Shown here in pieces: positions 30,583-38,287 of a DNA stretch of 64,000 nucleotides. Source of the DNA: Gammaproteobacteria bacterium (GTDB lineage: Bacteria > Pseudomonadota > Gammaproteobacteria > Burkholderiales > SG8-41). The stretch covers positions 54,629 through 118,628 of the forward strand of contig JBGPFE010000009.1 of NCBI GenBank assembly GCA_041483135.1, written 5' to 3'. Both the position numbers and the translations under genes were made by a program. The notes beneath the pieces were generated by a model. The model searched no databases. It was not told where the DNA came from and saw nothing but the letters and a program-made list of their open reading frames with translations. Positions within the stretch are counted from its first letter, which is position 1. Every line of letters starts with the position of its first letter.

Positions 30583-31517
30583 GGGGTCAGGTCTTGAATC
30601 TTGAATCATGCGATCCCTCCCGTTTGATGACCTTGCTCACCGATGAATAATGAAGCCCAAGATAGGCCGCGATCGCCGCTTGCGAGTAGCCATGGCGCAT
30701 TGCGGCTTCGACGATTGCGCGATTTCGCTGAGGACGTCCATTCAATACTTTCACCGTGAGAATCCCTCCCAGGCTGGGCCGGCCAAGAAAGCGCTGTTCG
30801 CGCCGCATCTCTCGCAGGCCGTGGCGGGGACGCTTCAATTTGGCGATGAACGCGGCACTTCCCAGGATGACCTGGGCTTCCAGCCCCTTCCATGGGCTGG
30901 GAGCCTTGATCCCCTCAGCTACGAATGCCCGATAGCGCTTCTGCGCAGCCGACTGATGCCTTCCGAATTGCCCGAGTATCCAATCGCAGGTCAGATAGCC
31001 GGGCGCAGGAGACAGGCCGGCGGTTGCACGATAGCTGCTCCATTGGTAGTCCTGCGCCCTTCCCACCATGCGCGCTCGCACGGGATTGAGTACGACGTAG
31101 CGGCAGAGTTCCAGAAGATAGCTGTCGCGATCCACCACGATCGCCTTGAATCGCCCCTGGAAAACATGCCCGACGCGATGATGCCGGCGATTAAACCTCT
31201 GGGTGTAGATCCCATTGAGCTGGCGCATGCCGGCACTCAAATTCGCCTCGGTGGTCTCGATCATGAGATGGTAGTGGTTGCCCATTAAGCAGTAGGCGTG
31301 AAGCAGCCAGTTAAATCGCGCGATCGTCTGCTCCAGCACGGACAGGAATTCGCCCCGATCGGCATCATCTTCGAAGATCTTCCTACGCGCATTCCCACGT
31401 GCCGTTACGTGATACACGGCTCCCGGAAACTCGATTCGAAGCGGCCTGACCATTCTTAGCGTTCCTTCGAATCAGCTCCCAAACTCACCATTAATTCAAG
31501 ATTCAAGACCTGACCCC
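30583..31517 (-). mobile_element. RAYT unit: Y1 transposase gene bracketed by perfect 24-bp inverted repeats
   Basis: GGGGTCAGGTCTTGAATCTTGAAT at 30583-30606. Its exact reverse complement is at 31494-31517. Confidence 0.8.
30587..31453 (-). CDS. REP-associated tyrosine transposase (IS200/Y1 HUH family) with C-terminal HTH
   Basis: 288 aa. GAVYHVTARGN, HUH motif GNHYHLMIE, Tyr motif RYVVLNPVRARMV. C-terminal GYSQAAIAAYLGLHYSSVSKVI resembles a DnaA-C-like HTH. Confidence 0.85.
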   Translation of the reverse strand: MVRPLRIEFPGAVYHVTARGNARRKIFEDDADRGEFLSVLEQTIARFNWLLHAYCLMGNHYHLMIETTEANLSAGMRQLNGIYTQRFNRRHHRVGHVFQGRFKAIVVDRDSYLLELCRYVVLNPVRARMVGRAQDYQWSSYRATAGLSPAPGYLTCDWILGQFGRHQSAAQKRYRAFVAEGIKAPSPWKGLEAQVILGSAAFIAKLKRPRHGLREMRREQRFLGRPSLGGILTVKVLNGRPQRNRAIVEAAMRHGYSQAAIAAYLGLHYSSVSKVIKREGSHDSRFKT

Positions 31518-31528
31518 TTTAGTATTGT

Positions 31529-32140
31529 TCATAGGGTCTTCAACATCGTGCATGCGTCGAGAGTGCGGTCTGAAAGCGTTGATTCAAGTGGCCGATTGAC
31601 TTCCTGGTTGTAGGACATAACCAAATGCTTCTTCTCGTTCTTGACCAGTCCACTGAGATCTTCCCAGCTGTCTCTGCCCCACGGGTTCGTTAGTAAATTG
31701 GCTTTCCCACCCTTAGGAAATTCATCCTTTTGGATCTGTGTCCAAGCATTTCCATCCCAACGAAAAAACACTGAGCTTGAGGGTGGATCGTTATATTTCT
31801 TGCACAAGTCGCGACTCCGAATATTTACCACCAAGTAGTCCTTACCTTCTCGCATCTCAAGGGCGAGCGGATGCTCCTGACCATTGCCTTTCCAAGACAC
31901 TCCATCAGGAAAAGTGATTTCCCATGAACGATATCCACCTCGGGGCGCAACTGGGAATCCGGATTTTTCCGCAACTGCAGCTCTCTTGACGATGACAATC
32001 TCTCCAGTCGCAAGTTGAACCTCCTCTCTCCATTCCGCGCGGTCAACCTTGCTGCATCCGCCCACAATAGGTACGAGGCATAACCAGCAACAGAGAAACG
32101 TCAGTGCGGTAGCTATGGGGTTAGGCTTGGCTAATTGCAT
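31529..32140 (-). CDS. Hypothetical lipoprotein
   Basis: Start trimmed to MQLAKPNPIATALTFLCCWLCLVPIVGGCSK (lipobox VGG|C). The mature part of about 175 aa has no recognisable motif. A/T-richer than its surroundings by eye. Confidence 0.7.
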   Translation of the reverse strand: MQLAKPNPIATALTFLCCWLCLVPIVGGCSKVDRAEWREEVQLATGEIVIVKRAAVAEKSGFPVAPRGGYRSWEITFPDGVSWKGNGQEHPLALEMREGKDYLVVNIRSRDLCKKYNDPPSSSVFFRWDGNAWTQIQKDEFPKGGKANLLTNPWGRDSWEDLSGLVKNEKKHLVMSYNQEVNRPLESTLSDRTLDACTMLKTL

Positions 32141-32153
32141 AACCCGGCGTAAG

Positions 32154-32169
32154 GGGGTCAGGTCTTGAA
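32154..32169. repeat. Third, partial copy of the REP-like repeat
   Basis: GGGGTCAGGTCTTGAA, same orientation as the 30583 copy. Together with 31494-31517 it brackets the lipoprotein gene. Confidence 0.7.
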
Positions 32170-32216
32170 ATATCACTTTTATCATTTCGATTGCCCCGCT
32201 TGATTGATCACTTTGC

Positions 32217-34349
32217 TCATTGTGTTTCTCCCAGCCGCACCACTTCATCGACCTTCAATCCTTTCGGCAACTGATGCGCGATGAACAGCATCGACACCTT
32301 CCCCTTGAGCTGATTTACGGTCTTTGCAAAACTCTCTGCGGTGGGCTCATCCAGACTGCTAGTCGCCTCGTCGAATATCAGTATCTTCGGCCGCTTGAGT
32401 AAGGCGCGCGCGATTGCGATGCGCTGTTTCTGTCCTCCTGAAAGTCCCACACCGTGCTCTCCGATCACGGTCTGGTAACCCTCGGGCAATTTCTCGATCG
32501 TCTCGTGTATCTCCGCGAGCTTGCATGCCTGGATCACCTGCTCGAAGGTCGCGTGCGGGTTGGCCAGGACCAGGTTGTCGTAGATCGTGCCTGAGAAAAG
32601 TATCGTCTCCTGCGGCACAACGCCGTAATGCTGTCGCAACTCGTTTGCGGAAAAATGACGGATGTCGCGGTCATCGATCAGAATCGCGCCGTCGTTCGGC
32701 AGGTAAAAACCCTGCATGAGCTTGGCGAGCGTGCTCTTGCCCGAGCCCGACGGACCCATCAGCGCGATGCATCGCCCTGGCTCTATCGTGAGATTCAAGT
32801 CGCGGTAAAGGAAAGGCAGGTTCTCGGCGTAGCGGAAGCTCAGGCCCTTGATCTCGAGCTTGCCTCTGCCCCCGCCTTCGCGTGCGGGAACCATCGAATA
32901 CGGCTCGGCCGGCGCGTTCATCACGTCACCGATGCGTTTCACTGCGACGCTCGCGTTCTGAAACTCCTGCCACAGGCTCACCATGCGCAGGAGCGGCCCC
33001 GACAAGCGGCTGGCGAACATCTGGAACGCGACCAGCATGCCGATCGTCATGTCAGTCGAGTTCATAACGATCCACGCGCCGACGCACAGTACGGTCAGCG
33101 TCACGAGCTGGTCGAGCATATTGGCGACCGAGTTGGCCGTGTTCGCGATCTGGCGCGTGTTGAACCCCGCGGCAAGGTACGCGGACAGGTATTCCCCGAA
33201 CCGGTCTTTCAACTGCGGCTCCATCTGCAATGACTTGACCGTCTCCATGCCGGCGACGTACTCGGTGAGAAACGCCTGGTTGCGCGCGCCGAGCAGGAAT
33301 TGCTGGTTCAATCGTTCGCGCAGCAGCGGGGTAGCAAAGAAACTGATCGCGGCGATACAGAGCAGGATCGCGAGCACGAGCAGCGTCAAGAGCCAGCTGT
33401 AATAGAACATGACGCCGAGGAAGATGAAGAGGAACGGAATGTCGAGGCAGAGCGTCACCGCCGCGCCGCTGATGAATTCGCGGATCGTCTCGACCCCATG
33501 CACTCGCGCGATCAGCACGCCGGTCGGCCGGTGCTCGAAAAACCGCGGCGGCAGCTTGAACAGGTGCTCGAACACCTGCAGGCCGAGCACGGCGTCGATG
33601 CGGTTTCCCGTATGCAGCACCAGGTATTGCCGCACCCAGGTCATGATGGTGCTGAAAAGCATGAATACAACGAGCCCGATGCCGATCACGGCCAGAGTGC
33701 TCGCCGTGTGATGCACGATGACCTTGTCGATCACGACCTGGGTGAAGACGGGGGTTGCCAGCGCCATCAGCTGGATCGCGAGCGAGGCGAGCAGCACGTC
33801 GCGCCAGATCTCCCTGTGCTTGAGCAGTTCGGGGATGAACCACCGGAAGCCGAATTCAGGCTTCTCCTGCAGCAGCGGATCGCCTTCGACGGCGCCTTTC
33901 GAGCTCGCCTGGAACAGGATGACCTGCCCCGAGTACTGCGCTGCGAATTCGGCCAGGGCAGCCTCGAATGGATTCTTGCTCTTCTCGTCGAAGAGCAGCA
34001 CACGCACGTCGTTCGCTTTCAGGACGAGCGCGAGACGATACGGCCGCGGCGCTTCGGATCGGGCCGCATCACCCGGGTCGTTCGCGGCGGAATCAGGGTG
34101 CGGCGCGGAAGCCGGCTTCAGCACCGCCAGGCACGGCAACGGCAGGTTCGCGAGGTCGGCCACCGAAGCCTGCTTGATGCCCGCTTTCAGCCCCAGCGCT
34201 TCAGCGGCCTGCTGCAATGAATTGAGGCTGTACGGCGGAGCGACCTGCTGCAGCACGAGATTGGGGGCAAACGGGACGCGCTGCAGATGACACATCCCCT
34301 GGAGTCCCCAGACGAAGGTGTCTGTCGCGAATAGCAGATTGCTATCCAA
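32217..34349 (-). CDS. hlyB: HlyB-type T1SS ABC transporter with N-terminal C39-like domain (CLD)
   Basis: 710 aa. TTG start after GGGAGG. The N-terminus MDSNLLFATDTFVWGLQGM aligns with E. coli HlyB MDSCHKIDYGLYALEIL and has no Cys at the catalytic position. Walker A GPSGSGKST, LSGGQKQR, ILIFDEA. Confidence 0.92.
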   Translation of the reverse strand: MDSNLLFATDTFVWGLQGMCHLQRVPFAPNLVLQQVAPPYSLNSLQQAAEALGLKAGIKQASVADLANLPLPCLAVLKPASAPHPDSAANDPGDAARSEAPRPYRLALVLKANDVRVLLFDEKSKNPFEAALAEFAAQYSGQVILFQASSKGAVEGDPLLQEKPEFGFRWFIPELLKHREIWRDVLLASLAIQLMALATPVFTQVVIDKVIVHHTASTLAVIGIGLVVFMLFSTIMTWVRQYLVLHTGNRIDAVLGLQVFEHLFKLPPRFFEHRPTGVLIARVHGVETIREFISGAAVTLCLDIPFLFIFLGVMFYYSWLLTLLVLAILLCIAAISFFATPLLRERLNQQFLLGARNQAFLTEYVAGMETVKSLQMEPQLKDRFGEYLSAYLAAGFNTRQIANTANSVANMLDQLVTLTVLCVGAWIVMNSTDMTIGMLVAFQMFASRLSGPLLRMVSLWQEFQNASVAVKRIGDVMNAPAEPYSMVPAREGGGRGKLEIKGLSFRYAENLPFLYRDLNLTIEPGRCIALMGPSGSGKSTLAKLMQGFYLPNDGAILIDDRDIRHFSANELRQHYGVVPQETILFSGTIYDNLVLANPHATFEQVIQACKLAEIHETIEKLPEGYQTVIGEHGVGLSGGQKQRIAIARALLKRPKILIFDEATSSLDEPTAESFAKTVNQLKGKVSMLFIAHQLPKGLKVDEVVRLGETQ

Positions 34350-34459
34350 CGCGTTCCTCCCGCGTACCGCTGAAGCTTTTCTTATTGATTACTGCTTCGG
34401 ATCTCGGCGGCCCCTCGAAGCCCTGAGGCTTCGTCCTATTTCCTCACTCCACCGCCTGT

Positions 34460-34510
34460 TTTATATTTAAGCCAACTAGTTCACGGATAGCAAGTCTATC
34501 AAAACGATAG
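34460..34510 (-). promoter_or_regulatory. Candidate hlyB promoter core plus GATAG/CTATC repeat operator
   Basis: Minus-strand TATAAA (34460-34465), 111 nt upstream of the hlyB start. GATAG-N5-CTATC-N5-GATAG at 34486-34510 covers the -35 region. No good -35 hexamer. Confidence 0.35.
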
Positions 34511-34847
34511 ATTTCGATTAATCGTCTTTTATTACAATAGGATGGAACCGGCTATCACCTTCGGCCTAGGCAATTATTTTTGCCAGGGCAGAAACCGGCA
34601 GTCACGAAATATTCTTAACAGACCGCAAAAATGAGTCTACCTAAAGGAAGGCAATCAAAGCTGTAGGGGGAAGCCGACACTTGGCGTCAGGTTTTTCCTG
34701 ACAAGCGCCGGCCGCACCGTGCGCCGGGAGAAAAATGGGGACTGCGAGTTACGGGAGGGAAGAAACTTTACCGGCGAGCGATCGCCGCTGGAGCGCTGGA
34801 TTCCGTACGAAAACTTAAAATCGTCGAAGGCGCAACAAACGGTGCCG

Positions 34848-35441
34848 TTATTTTTGCGGCCCGGTCCGCTTTGCGTCGTCCGTGGCGGTGACTTTCACTT
34901 CGGGTCCGCTGCGCTTTTCTTCATCCTTGGCGATGACTTTCACTTCCGGTCCGCTGCGCTTTGCGTCTTCCGTGATGATGACTTTCACATCGGGCGGGTT
35001 CGCTCGCGGCTCCTCCAGCGATACCGCTTTGTTCTGCTCCTCGACATGCCGCGTGACCGCCTGGACGTGCTCGAAGCGTACCGTATCGACCTGGCGCGCG
35101 AATTGCTGGTAGACGACGTAGGTGAGCACGGAAGCAAGTACCGCAAAAATCACGGCCTCGACGCCAAGCTTTTTGTGCGCGGTGGCGCCTTCCGGAAAGA
35201 ACATGAGCTGCACGCCGGTTTCGGCCGCATGAAGCTTGGCGTCGTACATCGCGCGCTTCTTCTGATCGGACAGGATCTTGTAACCCTCGCGGATCAGGGT
35301 GAGCTCGGTCATCGTCTCCGTGGTGCCGCGCATGCTCGTGGTCGCGCCCAGCTTCTGCGTCAGGCTCGCGTACGCACTGTCGATCTGGGCCTGATCTGCA
35401 TCGTGCGGCACGCCGAGCATTTCATAGAATGTCCTTTTCAT
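34848..35441 (-). CDS. J-domain-like membrane protein lacking HPD, with C-terminal 15-aa repeats
   Basis: Start trimmed to MKRTFYEMLGVPHDADQAQIDSAY... (GGAG RBS). J-like helices (...IREGYKILSDQKKRAMYD) but LTQKLGATT replaces K.HPD. TM helix VEAVIFAVLASVLTYVVY. Repeats PEVKV....D..KRSG x3. Confidence 0.75.
   Translation of the reverse strand: MKRTFYEMLGVPHDADQAQIDSAYASLTQKLGATTSMRGTTETMTELTLIREGYKILSDQKKRAMYDAKLHAAETGVQLMFFPEGATAHKKLGVEAVIFAVLASVLTYVVYQQFARQVDTVRFEHVQAVTRHVEEQNKAVSLEEPRANPPDVKVIITEDAKRSGPEVKVIAKDEEKRSGPEVKVTATDDAKRTGPQK
34863..34992 (-). repeat. Tandem 40/45/45-bp coding repeat
   Basis: The unit ggtccgct(g/t)(c/t)gc...gtgactttcac(t/a)tc(g/c) repeats three times. It encodes the P(E/D)VKV... 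repeats. Confidence 0.85.
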
Positions 35442-35458
35442 GGCGGCACTCCGTTGGC

Positions 35459-35743
35459 TCACGACTTATGTACTCCGGTGTGCTTAGGCATTACGTTGTG
35501 TTTTTTCGCGCGCTGCAGCAGGGATTGCGTCTGCAGGCCGTGGTCGTAGTTCGCGCGCGCAGCGGGATCCGACAGCGTGCGGTAGGCAAATTGCACGGCG
35601 ACGTATTGCTCGCGCGCAGTCGCGCTGTCTTTATTGGCGGGGTTGCTGGGATCGAATTTCCTGGCGAGCCTGAAAAACGATTGCTGGATTGCTTTTTGGC
35701 TCGCCTGCGGCGTGATGCCAAGCTGCTCGTATAACGTTTTCAT
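35459..35743 (-). CDS. Small J-domain-like protein lacking HPD
   Basis: 94 aa. MKTLYEQLGITPQASQKAIQQSFFRLARKFDPSNP...FAYRTLSDPAARANYD aligns with the DnaJ J-domain, but HPD is DPS. Its stop overlaps the alternative GTG start of the next gene. Confidence 0.75.
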   Translation of the reverse strand: MKTLYEQLGITPQASQKAIQQSFFRLARKFDPSNPANKDSATAREQYVAVQFAYRTLSDPAARANYDHGLQTQSLLQRAKKHNVMPKHTGVHKS

Positions 35744-35856
35744 GCGCCCCCTCCCCCGATACGCAACATGTAACTAGACATCGTTTTAGCATTAGAATCA
35801 AGGTTGTAATCTCGTGTCAAATCTGTCGATTTGATAGATTTTCTCTAAGCGGTTGA

Positions 35857-35886
35857 TTTATATTTAAATTTCTCTTACTTTGGCAA
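35857..35886 (-). promoter_or_regulatory. Sigma70 promoter of the J-like gene pair
   Basis: Minus strand reads TTGCCA (35886-35881), 18-nt spacer, TATAAA (35862-35857). It lies 114 nt upstream of ATG 35743. Confidence 0.5.
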
Positions 35887-36107
35887 AAAGCCCTGGTTAA
35901 ATATTTGTTTCAGCGTGCATTATTTCTCAGTTCCGCGGCAATCGGGGCACGCTGCGCCGCGACTGACTCCTGAACCCAAACCGGCAGACTCTCCTGAAAA
36001 CCGAGCCAGCAAACAGCAGACATACGGCGGTCAAGCACGGCCCCGAGATCGATGAACTGCGTGCCGCAAAATCAGCGACCGTCTTCGCGGATCTGAGCGA
36101 GTCCGGA

Positions 36108-36995
36108 TTGATCCATTTTTCCGGCGCGGACAGCGGAGCGTTCCTGCACGCTCAACTCAGTTGCGATGTCGAAAGCCTGCAGCCGGGGCAGGCCCGGTAC
36201 GGAAGCTACAACTCGCCGAAAGGCAGGATGCTCGCGAGCTTTCTGCTGTGGCGGAGCAACGCCGGATACGTGATGGACTTGCCGCGCGCCCTGCGCGAGC
36301 CGATACGCAAGCGGCTGGCGATGTATATCCTGCGCTCCAGGGTCACGGCGACCGACATCAGCGACGATCATGTATTGATCGGCATCTTCGGCGTGCGCGC
36401 GGAAGCGGCTTTGAAGCCCCTGTTCGATACGATCCCCGCGGCTCCGCTCACCATGACGACCGACCGGAACGCGAGCCTGCTGCGACTCGATGCCAATCGC
36501 TTTCTCATCATGGCCTCGCCCGCGCGAGCGCCGGAGCTGCGGGACGTGCTGGGCAAAGACGCGGTTCCCGTCACCCAAACAGTCTGGAACTGGACCGATA
36601 TCAGAGCGGGCATCCCGTATATCACGCTCGCCACGCAAGAGCAGTTCGTGCCGCAGATGGCGAATCTGGATCTGATCGGCGGCGTGAGCTTCACCAAAGG
36701 CTGCTACCCCGGGCAGGAGATCGTTGCGCGCATGCATTACCTCGGCAAGTTGAAGCAGCGCATGTATCTGGCCAATGTCGCCACCCGGGAAGCGCCGCAG
36801 CCGGGAGACAAGCTCTACAGCGCCGATACGGGAGATCAGTCGAGCGGCATGATCGTGAACGCCGCGCCCTCCCCCGACGGCGGGCACGATGTGCTGGCAG
36901 TGATCCAGATCGAAAGCGCCCGGCGCGGCGAGGTGCGCTGGAAGTCGCTCGACGGGCCGCTGCTCAAGTTTCTCGAATTGCCGTACGCGTCTTGA
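36108..36995 (+). CDS. ygfZ: Folate-binding tRNA-modification/Fe-S protein YgfZ (N-terminus uncertain)
   Basis: Signature FTKGCYPGQEIVARMHYLGKLKQRMY. The ORF-track start is TTG 36108, but conserved-looking sequence continues upstream (..ATVFADLSESG). Confidence 0.85.
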   Translation: MIHFSGADSGAFLHAQLSCDVESLQPGQARYGSYNSPKGRMLASFLLWRSNAGYVMDLPRALREPIRKRLAMYILRSRVTATDISDDHVLIGIFGVRAEAALKPLFDTIPAAPLTMTTDRNASLLRLDANRFLIMASPARAPELRDVLGKDAVPVTQTVWNWTDIRAGIPYITLATQEQFVPQMANLDLIGGVSFTKGCYPGQEIVARMHYLGKLKQRMYLANVATREAPQPGDKLYSADTGDQSSGMIVNAAPSPDGGHDVLAVIQIESARRGEVRWKSLDGPLLKFLELPYAS

Positions 36996-37125
36996 GCGGC
37001 TAATTTACCAACGGAAGCTTTGATTAAGCCTCGTCTACTGAACAGGGCTTCCCCTGACTTAGGGGATTTACAAGGGGGCATCGCCCTCTTGCTCAAACAT
37101 CATCGATCACGAATTCGAGGGCCGA

Positions 37126-37410
37126 GTGTCACATTCATACTATATTTACTACCGCGTCGATCCGGTGCAAGCCGAGGCAGCCGGTCCGCGCATCAAACAA
37201 CTGCTGGATGCGGTCAAAGGATCAACCGGGATCGCGGGCCGGATCATGCGAAAGCGCGGTGAACCGAATCTGTGGATGGAGGTCTATGAAAACATCGCCG
37301 ATGAAGCCCGGTTCGAGCGGGAGCTGGCGGAAGCCGTGGGTAAACTCAAAGTCGCCGAATTTTTACAGCCGGGCAGCGCGCGTCAAACCGAATGTTTTGA
37401 AGAGCCGTGA
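37126..37410 (+). CDS. DUF4936-family protein
   Basis: 94 aa, GTG start. YYIYYRV......LWMEVYENI..FERELAEAV.......GSARQTECF fits the DUF4936 pattern. Confidence 0.7.
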   Translation: MSHSYYIYYRVDPVQAEAAGPRIKQLLDAVKGSTGIAGRIMRKRGEPNLWMEVYENIADEARFERELAEAVGKLKVAEFLQPGSARQTECFEEP

Positions 37411-37416
37411 GCACAG

Positions 37417-37490
37417 ATGAAGGATGAGGGATGAAGGCAGCGATGTTGAATGCTGTTCACCATTCACGATTCACCATTAACCATTCACCA
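37417..37490. repeat. Inverted arrays of TGAA/TTCA heptamers
   Basis: Left arm ATGAAGG ATGAGGG ATGAAGG (37417-37437). Right arm TTCACCA TTCACGA TTCACCA TTAACCA TTCACCA (37456-37490). Confidence 0.8.
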
Positions 37491-37495
37491 AGTTC

Positions 37496-38287
37496 ATGTG
37501 CCTGATCCTTTTCGCGCATAAGGTTCACCCCCGCTATCCGCTGGTATTGGCGGCGAACCGGGACGAAGTGTACGTCCGCCCCACCGCTCCGGCGGCGTTC
37601 TGGGACGACCATCCGCAGATTTACGGCGGGCGCGATCTCGAGCATGGCGGCACCTGGCTCGGCATTACGCGCAGCGGCAAAATAGCTGCGGTCACGAACT
37701 TCCGCGACGGCTACGCAACCAAGAGTTCCATGCGCTCGCGCGGCGAATTGGTCAGCAACTTTCTGCGCGGCAACCAGGCGGCGGCCGAATACGTGAATCG
37801 CGTGGGCCGCGATGCCGATGCCTATAACGGCTTCAATCTGATTGCGGGCGATCTCGACGGGCTGCATTACATCACGAATCGCGGCGGCTATATATCGGCG
37901 ATCGCGCCCGGCATACACGGTCTGAGCAACCATCTGCTGGACACGCCGTGGCCCAAAGTCGAGCGCGGCAGGAAAATTCTTGCCGATCTGTTGCAGCAGG
38001 AAGTTCAGGAATTGATCGATGGCCTGTTTGCGGTACTCGCGGACCGCGCGATCGCAGCCGACGACGCGCTTCCCGACACCGGCGTGGGATTGCCGCGGGA
38101 GCGCGTTCTGTCCCCCGCTTTCATCGTCTCGCCGGCTTACGGCACGCGCTCGTCGACCGTGCTCCTGGTCGACAATCACGGCCAGGTGATTTTCATCGAG
38201 CGCAGTTTCGGCGAACGCGGCAAATCCGGCAAATCGGTAACCGGGCGCTTCGCGCTGGAGGCAACCCCTAGCCCCGCTTCGGCTTGA
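37496..38287 (+). CDS. NRDE-family (TANGO2-like, DUF833) protein
   Basis: MCLILFAHKVHPRYPLVLAANRDEVY. N-terminal Cys2 and NRDE motif. Confidence 0.88.
   Translation: MCLILFAHKVHPRYPLVLAANRDEVYVRPTAPAAFWDDHPQIYGGRDLEHGGTWLGITRSGKIAAVTNFRDGYATKSSMRSRGELVSNFLRGNQAAAEYVNRVGRDADAYNGFNLIAGDLDGLHYITNRGGYISAIAPGIHGLSNHLLDTPWPKVERGRKILADLLQQEVQELIDGLFAVLADRAIAADDALPDTGVGLPRERVLSPAFIVSPAYGTRSSTVLLVDNHGQVIFIERSFGERGKSGKSVTGRFALEATPSPASA

Noticed and set aside
33900-34349. Active C39 bacteriocin-processing peptidase domain in HlyB, which would imply small GG-leader peptides nearby
   Set aside because: Alignment with E. coli HlyB puts Thr/Phe at the catalytic Cys position. The only nearby Cys (GMCHL) is displaced, and no double-glycine leader peptides are evident.
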